Source: Escherichia coli (GTDB lineage Bacteria; Pseudomonadota; Gammaproteobacteria; Enterobacterales; Enterobacteriaceae). From it: DNA of 64,000 nt. How positions within the stretch are numbered: position 1 is the first letter of the stretch; each line of letters opens with the position of its first letter. The notes under the pieces are model-generated. The model worked only from the letters and a program-made list of their open reading frames with translations, did no database searches and had not been told where the DNA came from. Below are positions 41,614 to 53,865 of the stretch, piece after piece. The stretch lies in assembly GCF_009931435.1 (NCBI RefSeq), contig NZ_CP043414.1; one strand, 5' to 3'. A program made the position numbers and the translations under genes.

Positions 41614-44096
41614 AACTCAGTCGTCGTAGCTTTATGAAAGCTAACGCCGTTGCGGCCGCTGCGGCGGCTGCCGGTCTCAGCGTGCCGGGCGTTGCCCGCG
41701 CCGTTGTTGGTCAGCAGGAAGCCATTAAATGGGATAAAGCACCATGCCGTTTCTGCGGTACTGGTTGTGGCGTTCTGGTCGGAACGCAGCAGGGGCGTGT
41801 GGTGGCCTGTCAGGGCGACCCGGACGCACCGGTTAACCGTGGCCTGAACTGCATTAAGGGCTATTTCCTGCCCAAAATCATGTACGGTAAAGACCGTTTG
41901 ACGCAGCCGCTTCTGCGTATGAAAAACGGTAAATATGACAAAGAAGGCGAGTTCACCCCAATCACCTGGGATCAAGCCTTCGATGTGATGGAAGAAAAAT
42001 TCAAAACTGCCCTGAAAGAAAAAGGGCCGGAATCGATCGGTATGTTCGGTTCTGGTCAGTGGACTATCTGGGAAGGTTATGCCGCGTCCAAGCTGTTCAA
42101 AGCGGGCTTCCGTTCGAACAACATCGACCCGAACGCGCGTCACTGTATGGCGTCGGCGGTAGTTGGCTTTATGCGTACCTTTGGTATGGATGAGCCGATG
42201 GGCTGCTATGACGACATCGAACAGGCTGACGCGTTTGTGCTGTGGGGCGCTAACATGGCGGAGATGCACCCGATTCTCTGGTCGCGCATCACCAACCGTC
42301 GTCTCTCTAACCAGAACGTCACCGTGGCGGTGCTTTCTACCTACCAGCATCGTAGCTTCGAGCTGGCGGATAACGGCATCATCTTTACGCCACAGTCTGA
42401 CCTGGTGATCCTGAACTACATCGCCAACTATATCATTCAAAACAACGCGATAAATCAGGACTTCTTTAGCAAACACGTTAACCTGCGCAAAGGGGCGACG
42501 GACATCGGCTACGGTTTACGTCCGACCCATCCGCTGGAAAAAGCAGCGAAGAATCCAGGTTCTGACGCTTCCGAGCCGATGAGCTTTGAAGATTACAAAG
42601 CCTTCGTTGCTGAGTATACGCTGGAAAAAACCGCTGAAATGACCGGCGTGCCGAAAGACCAGTTAGAACAACTGGCGCAGCTGTATGCCGATCCGAACAA
42701 GAAAGTCATCTCCTACTGGACGATGGGCTTCAACCAGCATACCCGTGGCGTGTGGGCCAACAACCTGGTCTACAACCTGCACCTGCTGACTGGCAAAATT
42801 TCTCAGCCGGGTTGCGGTCCGTTCTCCCTGACCGGGCAGCCTTCCGCGTGCGGTACTGCGCGAGAAGTGGGCACCTTTGCTCACCGTCTGCCTGCGGACA
42901 TGGTGGTGACCAATGAGAAACACCGTGATATCTGCGAGAAGAAGTGGAATATCCCGAGCGGCACCATTCCGGCGAAAATCGGCCTGCACGCGGTGGCACA
43001 GGACCGTGCGCTGAAAGACGGCAAACTGAATGTTTACTGGACCATGTGTACCAACAACATGCAAGCCGGGCCGAACATTAATGAAGAGCGTATGCCGGGC
43101 TGGCGCGATCCGCGCAACTTTATCATCGTTTCCGATCCGTATCCGACAGTCAGTGCGCTGGCAGCCGACTTGATCCTGCCGACCGCAATGTGGGTAGAAA
43201 AAGAGGGTGCTTACGGTAACGCCGAACGCCGTACTCAATTCTGGCGTCAGCAGGTACAGGCACCGGGCGAAGCGAAATCGGATCTCTGGCAGTTAGTTCA
43301 GTTCTCCCGCCGCTTCAAAACTGAAGAAGTGTGGCCGGAAGAGTTGCTGGCGAAGAAACCGGAACTGCGTGGCAAAACGCTGTATGAGGTTCTGTATGCC
43401 ACCCCGGAAGTGAGCAAATTCCCGGTATCCGAACTGGCAGAAGATCAGTTGAACGATGAATCCCGCGAGTTGGGCTTCTATCTGCAAAAAGGGCTGTTCG
43501 AAGAGTATGCATGGTTTGGTCGCGGTCACGGTCACGATCTCGCGCCGTTCGATGACTACCACAAAGCGCGCGGTCTGCGCTGGCCGGTGGTTAACGGTAA
43601 AGAAACGCAGTGGCGTTATAGCGAAGGTAACGACCCGTACGTGAAAGCGGGTGAAGGCTACAAGTTCTACGGTAAACCGGATGGCAAAGCGGTGATCTTC
43701 GCACTGCCGTTCGAACCGGCGGCGGAAGCACCGGATGAAGAGTACGATCTGTGGCTCTCTACCGGGCGTGTCCTGGAGCACTGGCACACCGGCAGTATGA
43801 CTCGCCGTGTACCGGAACTGCACCGTGCCTTCCCGGAAGCGGTCCTGTTTATTCATCCGCTGGATGCGAAAGCGCGCGATCTGCGTCGTGGCGACAAAGT
43901 GAAAGTGGTTTCTCGCCGTGGCGAAGTCATCTCGATTGTTGAAACGCGCGGTCGTAACCGTCCGCCGCAGGGCCTGGTGTATATGCCGTTCTTCGACGCC
44001 GCACAGCTGGTTAACAAACTGACGCTGGATGCGACCGATCCGCTCTCGAAAGAGACGGACTTCAAGAAGTGTGCGGTCAAACTGGAGAAGGTGTAA
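41610..44096 (+). CDS. napA: Periplasmic nitrate reductase catalytic subunit NapA
   Basis: 828-aa ORF; twin-arginine signal SRRSFMK; N-terminal Cys cluster CRFCGTGCG. Confidence 0.97.
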   Translation: MKLSRRSFMKANAVAAAAAAAGLSVPGVARAVVGQQEAIKWDKAPCRFCGTGCGVLVGTQQGRVVACQGDPDAPVNRGLNCIKGYFLPKIMYGKDRLTQPLLRMKNGKYDKEGEFTPITWDQAFDVMEEKFKTALKEKGPESIGMFGSGQWTIWEGYAASKLFKAGFRSNNIDPNARHCMASAVVGFMRTFGMDEPMGCYDDIEQADAFVLWGANMAEMHPILWSRITNRRLSNQNVTVAVLSTYQHRSFELADNGIIFTPQSDLVILNYIANYIIQNNAINQDFFSKHVNLRKGATDIGYGLRPTHPLEKAAKNPGSDASEPMSFEDYKAFVAEYTLEKTAEMTGVPKDQLEQLAQLYADPNKKVISYWTMGFNQHTRGVWANNLVYNLHLLTGKISQPGCGPFSLTGQPSACGTAREVGTFAHRLPADMVVTNEKHRDICEKKWNIPSGTIPAKIGLHAVAQDRALKDGKLNVYWTMCTNNMQAGPNINEERMPGWRDPRNFIIVSDPYPTVSALAADLILPTAMWVEKEGAYGNAERRTQFWRQQVQAPGEAKSDLWQLVQFSRRFKTEEVWPEELLAKKPELRGKTLYEVLYATPEVSKFPVSELAEDQLNDESRELGFYLQKGLFEEYAWFGRGHGHDLAPFDDYHKARGLRWPVVNGKETQWRYSEGNDPYVKAGEGYKFYGKPDGKAVIFALPFEPAAEAPDEEYDLWLSTGRVLEHWHTGSMTRRVPELHRAFPEAVLFIHPLDAKARDLRRGDKVKVVSRRGEVISIVETRGRNRPPQGLVYMPFFDAAQLVNKLTLDATDPLSKETDFKKCAVKLEKV

Positions 44097-44102
44097 GCCA
44101 TT

Positions 44103-44798
44103 ATGTCCCGGTCAGCGAAACCTCAAAATGGTCGCCGCCGCTTTCTGCGCGATGTCGTTCGCACAGCTGGCGGGTTGGCTGCCGTGGGTGTGGCGCTGGG
44201 GTTACAACAGCAAACCGCACGCGCATCTGGTGTGCGGTTGCGCCCGCCCGGAGCCATAAACGAGAACGCCTTTGCCAGTGCCTGCGTACGTTGCGGTCAG
44301 TGTGTTCAGGCTTGCCCTTACGACACCTTAAAACTGGCGACACTGGCCTCTGGCCTGTCGGCAGGTACGCCGTACTTTGTCGCGCGGGATATTCCTTGCG
44401 AAATGTGTGAGGACATTCCGTGCGCCAAAGTGTGCCCGAGCGGTGCGCTGGATCGAGAGATCGAATCGATCGACGACGCGCGGATGGGGCTGGCGGTGCT
44501 GGTGGATCAGGAGAACTGCCTCAACTTTCAGGGGCTGCGCTGCGATGTTTGCTATCGCGAATGCCCGAAAATTGATGAGGCAATCACCCTGGAGCTGGAG
44601 CGTAACACGCGTACCGGTAAGCACGCCCGTTTTCTGCCGACGGTTCACAGCGACGCCTGTACCGGCTGCGGTAAGTGCGAAAAAGTGTGCGTGCTGGAAC
44701 AACCCGCAATCAAGGTGTTACCGCTGTCACTGGCGAAAGGGGAGTTAGGTCACCATTACCGCTTCGGCTGGCTGGAGGGGAACAATGGCAAATCGTAA
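44103..44798 (+). CDS. napG: Ferredoxin-type protein NapG
   Basis: 231-aa ORF; Tat-like N-terminus RRRFLR; 4Fe-4S Cys motifs. Confidence 0.95.
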
Positions 44799-45648
44799 AC
44801 GTGACGCCGGGCGCGAGGCGCTGGAGAAAAAAGGCTGGTGGCGCAGTCACCGTTGGCTGGTGCTGCGTCGCCTTTGTCAGTTCTTCGTGCTGGGGATGTT
44901 TTTGAGCGGTCCGTGGTTTGGTGTGTGGATCTTGCACGGCAACTACAGCAGTAGCCTGTTATTCGACACCGTTCCACTGACCGATCCGCTGATGACGCTG
45001 CAAAGTCTTGCCAGCGGTCATCTGCCTGCCACGGTAGCGCTGACTGGTGCGGTGATTATCACCGTGCTCTACGCCCTGGCAGGAAAGCGATTATTTTGCA
45101 GCTGGGTCTGCCCGCTGAACCCGATTACCGACTTAGCAAATTGGTTACGCAGACGATTTGACCTCAATCAGTCTGCGACGATCCCTCGCCACATTCGCTA
45201 CGTGCTGTTGGTGATCATTCTGGTGGGATCGGCCTTAACTGGCACGCTCATCTGGGAATGGATCAACCCCGTTTCCCTGATGGGGCGTAGCCTGGTAATG
45301 GGCTTCGGCAGCGGCGCGCTGCTTATTCTCGCGCTGTTTTTATTTGATCTACTGGTCGTTGAACACGGCTGGTGCGGGCACATTTGTCCGGTTGGTGCAC
45401 TGTATGGCGTGCTGGGTAGTAAAGGTGTGATTACCGTTGCGGCCACCGATCGGCAGAAATGTAACCGCTGTATGGATTGTTTTCATGTTTGCCCGGAACC
45501 GCATGTGCTACGTGCCCCGGTGCTGGATGAACAAAGCCCGGTGCAGGTCACCAGCCGCGATTGCATGACGTGCGGTCGCTGCGTGGATGTCTGTTCTGAG
45601 GATGTATTTACAATAACTACACGATGGAGTTCGGGAGCGAAATCATGA
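44785..45648 (+). CDS. napH: Membrane ferredoxin-type protein NapH
   Basis: 287-aa ORF with TM segments and C-terminal CxxCxxC motifs. Confidence 0.95.
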
Positions 45649-46094
45649 AAAGCCATGACCTGAAGAAAGCGCTGTGTCAATGGACGGCGATGCTGGCCCT
45701 GGTGGTAAGCGGCGCGGTTTGGGCGGCTAATGGCGTCGATTTTAGCCAGTCGCCGGAAGTATCCGGGACGCAGGAAGGGGCCATTCGGATGCCAAAAGAG
45801 CAGGATCGGATGCCGCTGAACTATGTGAATCAGCCGCCAATGATCCCGCATAGCGTTGAAGGTTATCAGGTAACGACCAATACCAACCGCTGCTTGCAGT
45901 GCCACGGTGTCGAAAGCTATCGCACCACTGGCGCGCCGCGCATCAGTCCTACTCACTTTATGGACAGCGACGGCAAAGTGGGCGCAGAAGTGGCTCCGCG
46001 TCGTTATTTCTGTCTGCAATGTCACGTACCGCAGGCCGATACCGCGCCAATCGTGGGGAATACCTTTACCCCATCAAAAGGTTACGGGAAATAA
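45645..46094 (+). CDS. napB: Dihaem cytochrome c NapB
   Basis: Start MKSHDLKK (149 aa); two CxxCH motifs (CLQCH twice); ATG overlaps the napH stop. Confidence 0.95.
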   Translation: MKSHDLKKALCQWTAMLALVVSGAVWAANGVDFSQSPEVSGTQEGAIRMPKEQDRMPLNYVNQPPMIPHSVEGYQVTTNTNRCLQCHGVESYRTTGAPRISPTHFMDSDGKVGAEVAPRRYFCLQCHVPQADTAPIVGNTFTPSKGYGK

Positions 46095-46103
46095 GAGGTT
46101 ATT

Positions 46104-46706
46104 ATGGGAAATTCTGACCGTAAGCCTGGTCTGATTAAGCGCCTGTGGAAATGGTGGCGTACCCCCAGCCGTCTGGCACTGGGGACGCTGCTGTTGATCG
46201 GCTTTGTTGGCGGTATCGTTTTCTGGGGCGGCTTTAACACCGGGATGGAAAAAGCTAACACTGAAGAGTTTTGCATTAGCTGCCACGAAATGCGTAACAC
46301 GGTGTATCAGGAATACATGGATTCCGTGCACTACAACAACCGTAGCGGCGTCCGTGCGACCTGTCCGGATTGTCACGTTCCGCACGAGTTTGTGCCGAAG
46401 ATGATACGCAAGCTCAAAGCAAGTAAAGAGCTGTATGGTAAAATTTTTGGCGTTATTGACACGCCGCAGAAATTTGAAGCTCATCGCCTGACGATGGCAC
46501 AGAATGAGTGGCGGCGCATGAAGGACAATAACTCGCAGGAGTGTCGTAACTGTCACAACTTCGAGTATATGGATACAACCGCCCAGAAATCAGTTGCCGC
46601 TAAGATGCACGACCAGGCGGTGAAAGATGGGCAAACCTGTATTGATTGCCATAAAGGGATAGCGCACAAGCTGCCCGATATGCGCGAAGTCGAGCCAGGT
46701 TTTTAA
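46104..46706 (+). CDS. napC: Tetrahaem cytochrome c NapC
   Basis: 200-aa ORF; four CxxCH motifs (CISCH, CPDCH, CRNCH, CIDCH). Confidence 0.95.
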   Translation: MGNSDRKPGLIKRLWKWWRTPSRLALGTLLLIGFVGGIVFWGGFNTGMEKANTEEFCISCHEMRNTVYQEYMDSVHYNNRSGVRATCPDCHVPHEFVPKMIRKLKASKELYGKIFGVIDTPQKFEAHRLTMAQNEWRRMKDNNSQECRNCHNFEYMDTTAQKSVAAKMHDQAVKDGQTCIDCHKGIAHKLPDMREVEPGF

Positions 46707-46718
46707 CAGGGTTATTGC

Positions 46719-47342
46719 GTGGGTATGCTTGAAGCCAGAGAGTTACTTTGCGAGCGGGATGAACGAACCTTATTTAGTGGTTTGTCATTTACGCTGAACG
46801 CAGGCGAGTGGGTACAAATCACCGGCAGCAACGGCGCGGGGAAGACAACGCTTCTCCGCTTGCTGACGGGGTTGTCTCGCCCTGACGCGGGTGACGTTCT
46901 CTGGCAAGGGCAGCCCTTGCATCAGGTACGCGACAGCTACCATCAAAACCTGTTATGGATAGGCCATCAGCCGGGGATCAAAACCCGGCTGACGGCGTTA
47001 GAAAATCTGCACTTTTATCATCGCGATGGCGATACCGCACAATGTCTGGAAGCCCTGGCGCAGGCCGGGCTTGCCGGATTCGAAGATATTCCGGTAAATC
47101 AACTTTCTGCCGGGCAACAACGCCGCGTCGCTTTAGCGCGTCTGTGGCTGACCCGTGCCACGTTATGGATCCTCGACGAGCCTTTTACCGCGATTGACGT
47201 CAACGGCGTCGATCGTCTGACCCAGCGTATGGCGCAGCATACGGAGCAGGGGGGGATTGTGATTCTGACTACCCACCAGCCGCTCAACGTTGCTGAAAGT
47301 AAAATTCGCCGCATTTCTCTGACGCATACTAGGGGCGCATGA
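46719..47342 (+). CDS. ccmA: Haem exporter ATPase CcmA
   Basis: 207-aa ORF (GTG start); Walker [13 protein letters not shown] signature LSAGQQRR. Confidence 0.93.
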   Translation: MGMLEARELLCERDERTLFSGLSFTLNAGEWVQITGSNGAGKTTLLRLLTGLSRPDAGDVLWQGQPLHQVRDSYHQNLLWIGHQPGIKTRLTALENLHFYHRDGDTAQCLEALAQAGLAGFEDIPVNQLSAGQQRRVALARLWLTRATLWILDEPFTAIDVNGVDRLTQRMAQHTEQGGIVILTTHQPLNVAESKIRRISLTHTRGA

Positions 47343-48001
47343 TGTTCTGGCGCATTTTCCGTCTTGAGCTGCGCGTGGCGTTTCGCCATAGCGCCGAAAT
47401 CGCTAACCCGCTGTGGTTCTTCCTGATTGTTATTACCCTTTTTCCGCTCAGTATCGGTCCGGAGCCGCAACTGCTGGCGCGTATTGCGCCGGGCATTATC
47501 TGGGTTGCCGCGCTGCTTTCATCCTTGCTGGCACTCGAGCGACTGTTCCGTGACGATTTGCAGGACGGCAGTCTTGAACAATTGATGTTGTTGCCGTTAC
47601 CCTTGCCCGCCGTTGTGCTGGCGAAGGTGATGGCGCACTGGATGGTAACCGGTCTGCCGTTACTCATCCTTTCGCCTCTGGTAGCAATGCTACTGGGAAT
47701 GGATGTTTATGGCTGGCAAGTGATGGCGCTGACGCTGCTGCTGGGAACCCCAACGCTTGGTTTTCTCGGTGCGCCGGGCGTGGCGCTGACAGTGGGACTT
47801 AAGCGCGGTGGTGTGCTGCTCAGCATACTAGTGTTACCGCTGACTATCCCATTACTCATCTTTGCCACCGCCGCGATGGACGCGGCTTCTATGCATTTGC
47901 CCGTTGATGGGTATCTGGCAATTTTAGGCGCGTTGCTGGCAGGCACCGCGACATTAAGTCCTTTTGCGACGGCGGCAGCGTTACGAATCAGCATTCAATA
48001 A
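47339..48001 (+). CDS. ccmB: Haem exporter permease CcmB
   Basis: 220-aa membrane protein; start overlaps the ccmA stop. Confidence 0.95.
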
Positions 48002-48042
48002 CGCTGGATTACTGATTTTTGTTCGAGTCTGGTATCGAAACT

Positions 48043-48780
48043 ATGTGGAAAACACTGCATCAACTGGCGATCCCACCACGGCTGTATCAAATCTGTGGCT
48101 GGTTTATACCGTGGCTGGCAATTGCCAGTGTGGTCGTGCTTACCGTCGGCTGGATCTGGGGATTCGGCTTTGCTCCGGCTGATTATCAGCAGGGAAATAG
48201 CTACCGCATTATCTACCTGCATGTGCCTGCGGCGATCTGGTCTATGGGCATTTATGCATCAATGGCGGTGGCGGCGTTTATTGGCCTGGTCTGGCAGATG
48301 AAAATGGCCAACCTGGCGGTGGCGGCGATGGCCCCCATTGGTGCCGTGTTTACCTTTATTGCCCTGGTTACCGGCTCTGCATGGGGAAAACCGATGTGGG
48401 GCACCTGGTGGGTATGGGATGCACGCCTGACTTCTGAACTGGTGCTGCTGTTTTTGTATGTGGGTGTGATTGCCCTGTGGCACGCCTTCGACGATCGCCG
48501 TCTGGCAGGCCGTGCGGCAGGTATTCTGGTGCTGATTGGCGTGGTGAACCTGCCGATTATTCATTACTCCGTGGAGTGGTGGAACACCCTGCATCAAGGA
48601 TCAACGCGGATGCAGCAAAGTATTGATCCGGCAATGCGTTCGCCGCTGCGCTGGTCGATTTTTGGTTTCCTGCTGCTGTCTGCCACGCTGACGCTGATGC
48701 GGATGCGTAATTTGATTTTGCTGATGGAAAAACGCCGTCCGTGGGTGAGTGAACTGATACTGAAAAGAGGCCGTAAATGA
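48043..48780 (+). CDS. ccmC: Haem exporter / haem lyase component CcmC
   Basis: Start MWKTLHQL (245 aa); WWD motif WGTWWVWDARL. Confidence 0.93.
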   Translation: MWKTLHQLAIPPRLYQICGWFIPWLAIASVVVLTVGWIWGFGFAPADYQQGNSYRIIYLHVPAAIWSMGIYASMAVAAFIGLVWQMKMANLAVAAMAPIGAVFTFIALVTGSAWGKPMWGTWWVWDARLTSELVLLFLYVGVIALWHAFDDRRLAGRAAGILVLIGVVNLPIIHYSVEWWNTLHQGSTRMQQSIDPAMRSPLRWSIFGFLLLSATLTLMRMRNLILLMEKRRPWVSELILKRGRK

Positions 48781-48986
48781 CCCCTGCATTTGCTTCCTGG
48801 AATGAATTTTTCGCAATGGGCGGTTACGCCTTTTTTGTCTGGCTGGCGGTGGTGATGACCGTTATTCCGCTGGTGGCTTTGGTCGTGCATTCGGTGATGC
48901 AGCATCGCGCAATTCTGCGTGGCGTGGCGCAACAGCGGGCGCGTGAGGCGCGTTTACGTGCTGCGCAACAGCAGGAGGCTGCATGA
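48777..48986 (+). CDS. ccmD: CcmD
   Basis: 69-aa single-TM protein; overlaps the ccmC stop and the ccmE start. Confidence 0.9.
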
Positions 48987-49462
48987 ATATTCGCCGTAAA
49001 AACCGCTTGTGGATTGCCTGTGCCGTGCTGGCGGGGCTGGCACTGACTATCGGCCTGGTGTTGTATGCGCTGCGCTCGAATATCGATCTTTTTTATACGC
49101 CGGGGGAAATTCTCTACGGCAAGCGTGAAACTCAACAGATGCCGGAAGTCGGTCAGCGTCTGCGCGTTGGCGGGATGGTGATGCCGGGTAGTGTGCAGCG
49201 CGATCCCAATTCGCTGAAAGTAACGTTCACCATTTACGACGCTGAAGGTTCAGTAGATGTCTCTTACGAAGGCATTTTGCCGGATCTGTTCCGTGAAGGG
49301 CAGGGCGTAGTGGTGCAGGGCGAACTGGAAAAAGGTAATCATATCCTCGCGAAAGAAGTACTGGCGAAACACGATGAAAACTACACGCCGCCAGAAGTCG
49401 AGAAAGCGATGGAAGCTAATCACCGTCGCCCGGCGAGTGTTTATAAGGACCCAGCATCATGA
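48983..49462 (+). CDS. ccmE: Haem chaperone CcmE
   Basis: 159-aa ORF; N-terminal membrane anchor. Confidence 0.95.
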
Positions 49463-51402
49463 TGCCAGAAATTGGTAACGGACTGCTGTGCCTGGCGCTA
49501 GGAATTGCGCTGTTGCTGTCCGTGTATCCGCTATGGGGCGTGGCGCGCGGGGATGCGCGCATGATGGCTTCTTCGCGCTTGTTTGCATGGCTGCTATTTA
49601 TGTCTGTGGCTGGCGCATTTCTGGTGCTGGTCAATGCTTTCGTGGTGAATGACTTTACTGTCACCTATGTTGCCAGCAACTCCAATACCCAGCTTCCGGT
49701 GTGGTATCGCGTAGCGGCAACCTGGGGTGCGCATGAAGGCTCGCTACTGCTGTGGGTGCTGCTGATGAGCGGCTGGACATTTGCGGTGGCGATTTTTAGT
49801 CAGCGTATTCCGCTGGATATTGTGGCCCGTGTACTGGCGATAATGGGGATGGTCAGTGTCGGCTTTTTGCTGTTCATTCTCTTTACCTCTAACCCGTTCT
49901 CACGCACGTTGCCGAACTTCCCGATTGAAGGGCGCGATCTTAACCCGCTGTTGCAGGATCCAGGGCTGATCTTCCATCCGCCTCTGCTCTATATGGGGTA
50001 CGTTGGTTTCTCGGTGGCGTTTGCTTTTGCCATTGCTTCTTTGCTGAGTGGGCGTCTGGACAGCACTTACGCACGCTTTACCCGTCCGTGGACGCTGGCG
50101 GCGTGGATCTTCCTGACGCTCGGCATTGTGCTCGGTTCCGCATGGGCCTATTACGAACTCGGCTGGGGCGGCTGGTGGTTCTGGGATCCGGTAGAAAACG
50201 CCTCATTTATGCCGTGGTTGGTGGGTACTGCGCTGATGCACTCGCTGGCGGTCACTGAACAGCGTGCCAGCTTCAAAGCGTGGACATTACTGCTGGCAAT
50301 CAGTGCCTTCTCGCTGTGTCTGCTGGGGACTTTCCTTGTGCGTTCCGGCGTGCTGGTATCAGTACACGCGTTTGCGTCTGATCCGGCGCGCGGTATGTTT
50401 ATCCTCGCTTTTATGGTGCTGGTGATTGGCGGTTCGCTGCTGCTGTTTGCCGCGCGTGGACACAAAGTTCGCTCACGCGTAAACAATGCGCTGTGGTCGC
50501 GGGAATCTCTGCTGTTAGCGAACAACGTTTTGCTGGTCGCCGCAATGCTGGTGGTATTGCTGGGGACGCTGCTGCCGCTGGTGCATAAGCAACTTGGGCT
50601 GGGCAGTATTTCGATAGGTGAACCGTTCTTCAACACTATGTTTACCTGGCTGATGGTGCCGTTTGCGCTACTGCTTGGTGTCGGTCCACTGGTGCGCTGG
50701 GGGCGCGATCGCCCACGTAAAATCCGCAATTTATTGATTATCGCCTTCATCTCTACGCTGGTGCTGTCTCTGCTGTTGCCGTGGCTGTTCGAAAGTAAAG
50801 TTGTGGCGATGACGGTGCTCGGCCTGGCTATGGCCTGCTGGATTGCAGTGCTGGCGATTGCGGAAGCTGCGCTGCGTATTTCACGCGGCACGAAAACCAC
50901 CTTTAGTTATTGGGGCATGGTGGCGGCTCACCTGGGGCTGGCGGTAACAATTGTTGGTATTGCCTTTAGCCAGAACTATAGCGTTGAGCGTGATGTGCGC
51001 ATGAAGTCCGGTGATAGCGTCGATATTCATGAATATCGCTTCACCTTCCGTGATGTCAAAGAAGTGACTGGTCCGAACTGGCGTGGTGGTGTGGCGACTA
51101 TCGGCGTAACGCGAGAGGGCAAGCCGGAAACGGTGCTGTATGCGGAAAAACGTTATTACAACACTGCCGGGTCGATGATGACCGAAGCGGCGATTGACGG
51201 CGGCATCACGCGTGACCTGTACGCAGCTCTCGGTGAAGAGTTGGAAAACGGCGCGTGGGCTGTGCGTCTTTACTACAAACCGTTTGTTCGCTGGATTTGG
51301 GCGGGCGGGCTGATGATGGCGTTGGGCGGGCTGCTGTGCCTGTTTGATCCTCGCTATCGTAAGCGCGTAAGCCCGCAAAAAACTGCGCCGGAGGCTGTAT
51401 GA
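49459..51402 (+). CDS. ccmF: Cytochrome c haem lyase subunit CcmF
   Basis: 647-aa polytopic protein; WWD domain [12 protein letters not shown]. Confidence 0.96.
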
Positions 51403-51956
51403 AGCGCAAAGTATTGTTAATTCCTTTGATTATCTTCCTGGCGATTGCCGCGGCGTTGCTGTGGCAGCTGGCACGTAATGCCGAAGGGGATGATCCGACC
51501 AATCTGGAATCGGCGCTCATTGGCAAGCCGGTGCCAAAGTTTCGCCTCGAATCACTGGACAACCCGGGGCAGTTTTATCAGGCGGATGTGCTGACTCAGG
51601 GCAAACCAGTGCTGCTTAACGTCTGGGCGACCTGGTGTCCGACCTGCCGTGCGGAACATCAATATCTGAATCAGCTTTCTGCGCAGGGCATCCGCGTAGT
51701 TGGCATGAACTATAAAGACGATCGCCAGAAAGCGATCAGCTGGCTGAAAGAGCTGGGCAATCCTTACGCGTTAAGCCTGTTTGATGGCGACGGCATGTTA
51801 GGGCTGGATCTCGGTGTCTATGGCGCGCCAGAAACGTTCCTCATCGACGGCAACGGCATCATTCGCTATCGCCATGCGGGCGATCTCAATCCTCGCGTCT
51901 GGGAAGAAGAGATCAAGCCGCTGTGGGAGAAATACAGTAAGGAGGCCGCACAATGA
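51399..51956 (+). CDS. ccmG: Thiol:disulfide interchange protein CcmG/DsbE
   Basis: 185-aa ORF; thioredoxin motif WCPTC. Confidence 0.95.
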   Translation: MKRKVLLIPLIIFLAIAAALLWQLARNAEGDDPTNLESALIGKPVPKFRLESLDNPGQFYQADVLTQGKPVLLNVWATWCPTCRAEHQYLNQLSAQGIRVVGMNYKDDRQKAISWLKELGNPYALSLFDGDGMLGLDLGVYGAPETFLIDGNGIIRYRHAGDLNPRVWEEEIKPLWEKYSKEAAQ

Positions 51957-53005
51957 GGTTTTTATTGGGCGTGCTGATGCTGATGATCTCCGGCTCAGCG
52001 CTGGCGACCATCGACGTGTTGCAGTTTAAAGATGAAGCACAGGAACAACAGTTTCGTCAGCTTACTGAAGAACTGCGCTGCCCGAAATGCCAGAACAACA
52101 GCATTGCCGATTCCAACTCGATGATTGCCACCGACCTGCGCCAGAAAGTGTATGAACTGATGCAGGAAGGTAAAAGTAAGAAAGAGATTGTCGATTATAT
52201 GGTGGCGCGTTACGGCAACTTCGTCACTTACGACCCGCCGTTAACGCCGCTGACCGTTCTGCTGTGGGTGCTACCGGTGGTGGCTATTGGCATTGGCGGT
52301 TGGGTCATTTACGCCCGCTCGCGGCGTCGGGTACGCGTGGTGCCGGAAGCGTTTCCTGAACAAAGCGTGCCGGAAGGTAAGCGTGCCGGATATGTTGTTT
52401 ATCTGCCGGGTATTGTGGTGGCGTTAATTGTGGCTGGCGTCAGCTACTACCAGACCGGCAATTATCAGCAGGTGAAAATTTGGCAGCAGGCCACGGCACA
52501 GGCGCCGGCGTTATTGGACAGGGCGCTGGATCCGAAAGCTGAGCCGCTCAACGAAGAAGAGATGTCCCGCCTTGCGCTGGGGATGCGTACTCAACTGCAA
52601 AAAAATCCGGGAGATATAGAAGGCTGGATTATGTTGGGCCGCGTTGGCATGGCGCTGGGTAACGCCAGTATTGCCACCGATGCATACGCCACTGCGTATC
52701 GCCTCGATCCGAAGAACAGCGATGCTGCACTCGGATACGCTGAAGCGTTGACACGTTCATCTGATCCCAACGACAACCGCCTGGGTGGTGAACTGCTACG
52801 CCAGTTAGTAAGAAGCGACCACAGCAATATCCGTGTGTTAAGCATGTATGCGTTCAATGCCTTTGAGCAGCAGCGATTTGGCGAAGCCGTTGCCGCGTGG
52901 GAGATGATGTTGAAACTCTTACCTGCCAACGATACTCGCCGTGCGGTGATTGAACGCAGTATCGCGCAGGCGATGCAACACTTATCACCACAGGAGAGTA
53001 AATAA
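51953..53005 (+). CDS. ccmH: Cytochrome c maturation protein CcmH
   Basis: 350-aa ORF; LRCPKC motif; C-terminal TPR-like region. Confidence 0.95.
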   Translation: MRFLLGVLMLMISGSALATIDVLQFKDEAQEQQFRQLTEELRCPKCQNNSIADSNSMIATDLRQKVYELMQEGKSKKEIVDYMVARYGNFVTYDPPLTPLTVLLWVLPVVAIGIGGWVIYARSRRRVRVVPEAFPEQSVPEGKRAGYVVYLPGIVVALIVAGVSYYQTGNYQQVKIWQQATAQAPALLDRALDPKAEPLNEEEMSRLALGMRTQLQKNPGDIEGWIMLGRVGMALGNASIATDAYATAYRLDPKNSDAALGYAEALTRSSDPNDNRLGGELLRQLVRSDHSNIRVLSMYAFNAFEQQRFGEAVAAWEMMLKLLPANDTRRAVIERSIAQAMQHLSPQESK

Positions 53006-53064
53006 GAACAAGCCCGATGGTGATGCCATCGGGCCAGACTGATGGCAAAGTGCGCTTTGTTTAT

Positions 53065-53163
53065 GCCAGATGCGGCGTAAACGCCTTATTCAGCCTACAA
53101 AATCGTGCGAACTCAATACATTGCTCGATCCGCGTAGGCCTGATAAGCGTAGCGCATCAGGCA
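53065..53163. repeat. REP pair (BIME) downstream of ccmH
   Basis: gccagatgcggcgtaaacgccttattcagcctac and inverted gtaggcctgataagcgtagcgcatcaggc. Confidence 0.8.
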
Positions 53164-53186
53164 GTTTTGCGTTTGTCATCAATATC

Positions 53187-53219
53187 AGCCCGAGGGTAAA
53201 TCCATCGGGCTATTTTTTT
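53187..53219 (+). terminator. Probable rho-independent terminator closing the nap-ccm operon
   Basis: Stem agcccga/tcgggct followed by a T-run; overlaps the narP stop codon. Confidence 0.55.
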
Positions 53220-53865
53220 ATTGTGCCCCACGTTGTTGCAGGAACAGAATGGTGGCCGCCACGCGTGAGCGGACATTGAGTTTACGCAGCAGATTGCGAA
53301 TGTGTACTTTTACTGTCTGCTCGGAAATATTCAACACCGAGGCAATCTGTTTATTTGACAGTCCCTGTGCCAGCTCGTGCAGAACATCCAGCTCGCGCTC
53401 CGTCAGCACGCTGAAGGGATCTTCTTCCGCGCCAAACATTTCACGTTCACGTAAGTACTGATTGACGCGTTCGCTAAAGACTTTGCTGCCTTTCGCTCCG
53501 GCACGAATCGCTTCCAACAACACTTCCGGATCGCTGTCTTTCAACAGATAACCGTCTGCGCCTGCGTCTATCAGCGCAAACACATCGCTGGAGGCATCTG
53601 ATACGGTCAGGATAATAATTTGCGCGGTAACGCCATCCCTGCGCAAGGCATTGAGGGTATCCAGGCCACTCATACCTTTCATATTGAGATCCAGCAAGAT
53701 CACGTCGATATCCAGTCTATTCGCCAGATCGATAGCACTCGCGCCGTCGCCCGCTTCGGCGACCACTTCAAAGCCAGGATCAAGCTCCAGTAACTGACGA
53801 ACACCGCGTCGCATAAGTGGATGATCATCCACAATCATCACCTGAAAAGGCGTTGCTTCAGGCAT
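53218..53865 (-). CDS. narP: Nitrate/nitrite response regulator NarP
   Basis: Start MPEATPFQVMIVDDHP (215 aa) inside the 225-aa ORF; receiver plus LuxR-type HTH. Confidence 0.95.
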   Translation of the reverse strand: MPEATPFQVMIVDDHPLMRRGVRQLLELDPGFEVVAEAGDGASAIDLANRLDIDVILLDLNMKGMSGLDTLNALRRDGVTAQIIILTVSDASSDVFALIDAGADGYLLKDSDPEVLLEAIRAGAKGSKVFSERVNQYLREREMFGAEEDPFSVLTERELDVLHELAQGLSNKQIASVLNISEQTVKVHIRNLLRKLNVRSRVAATILFLQQRGAQ

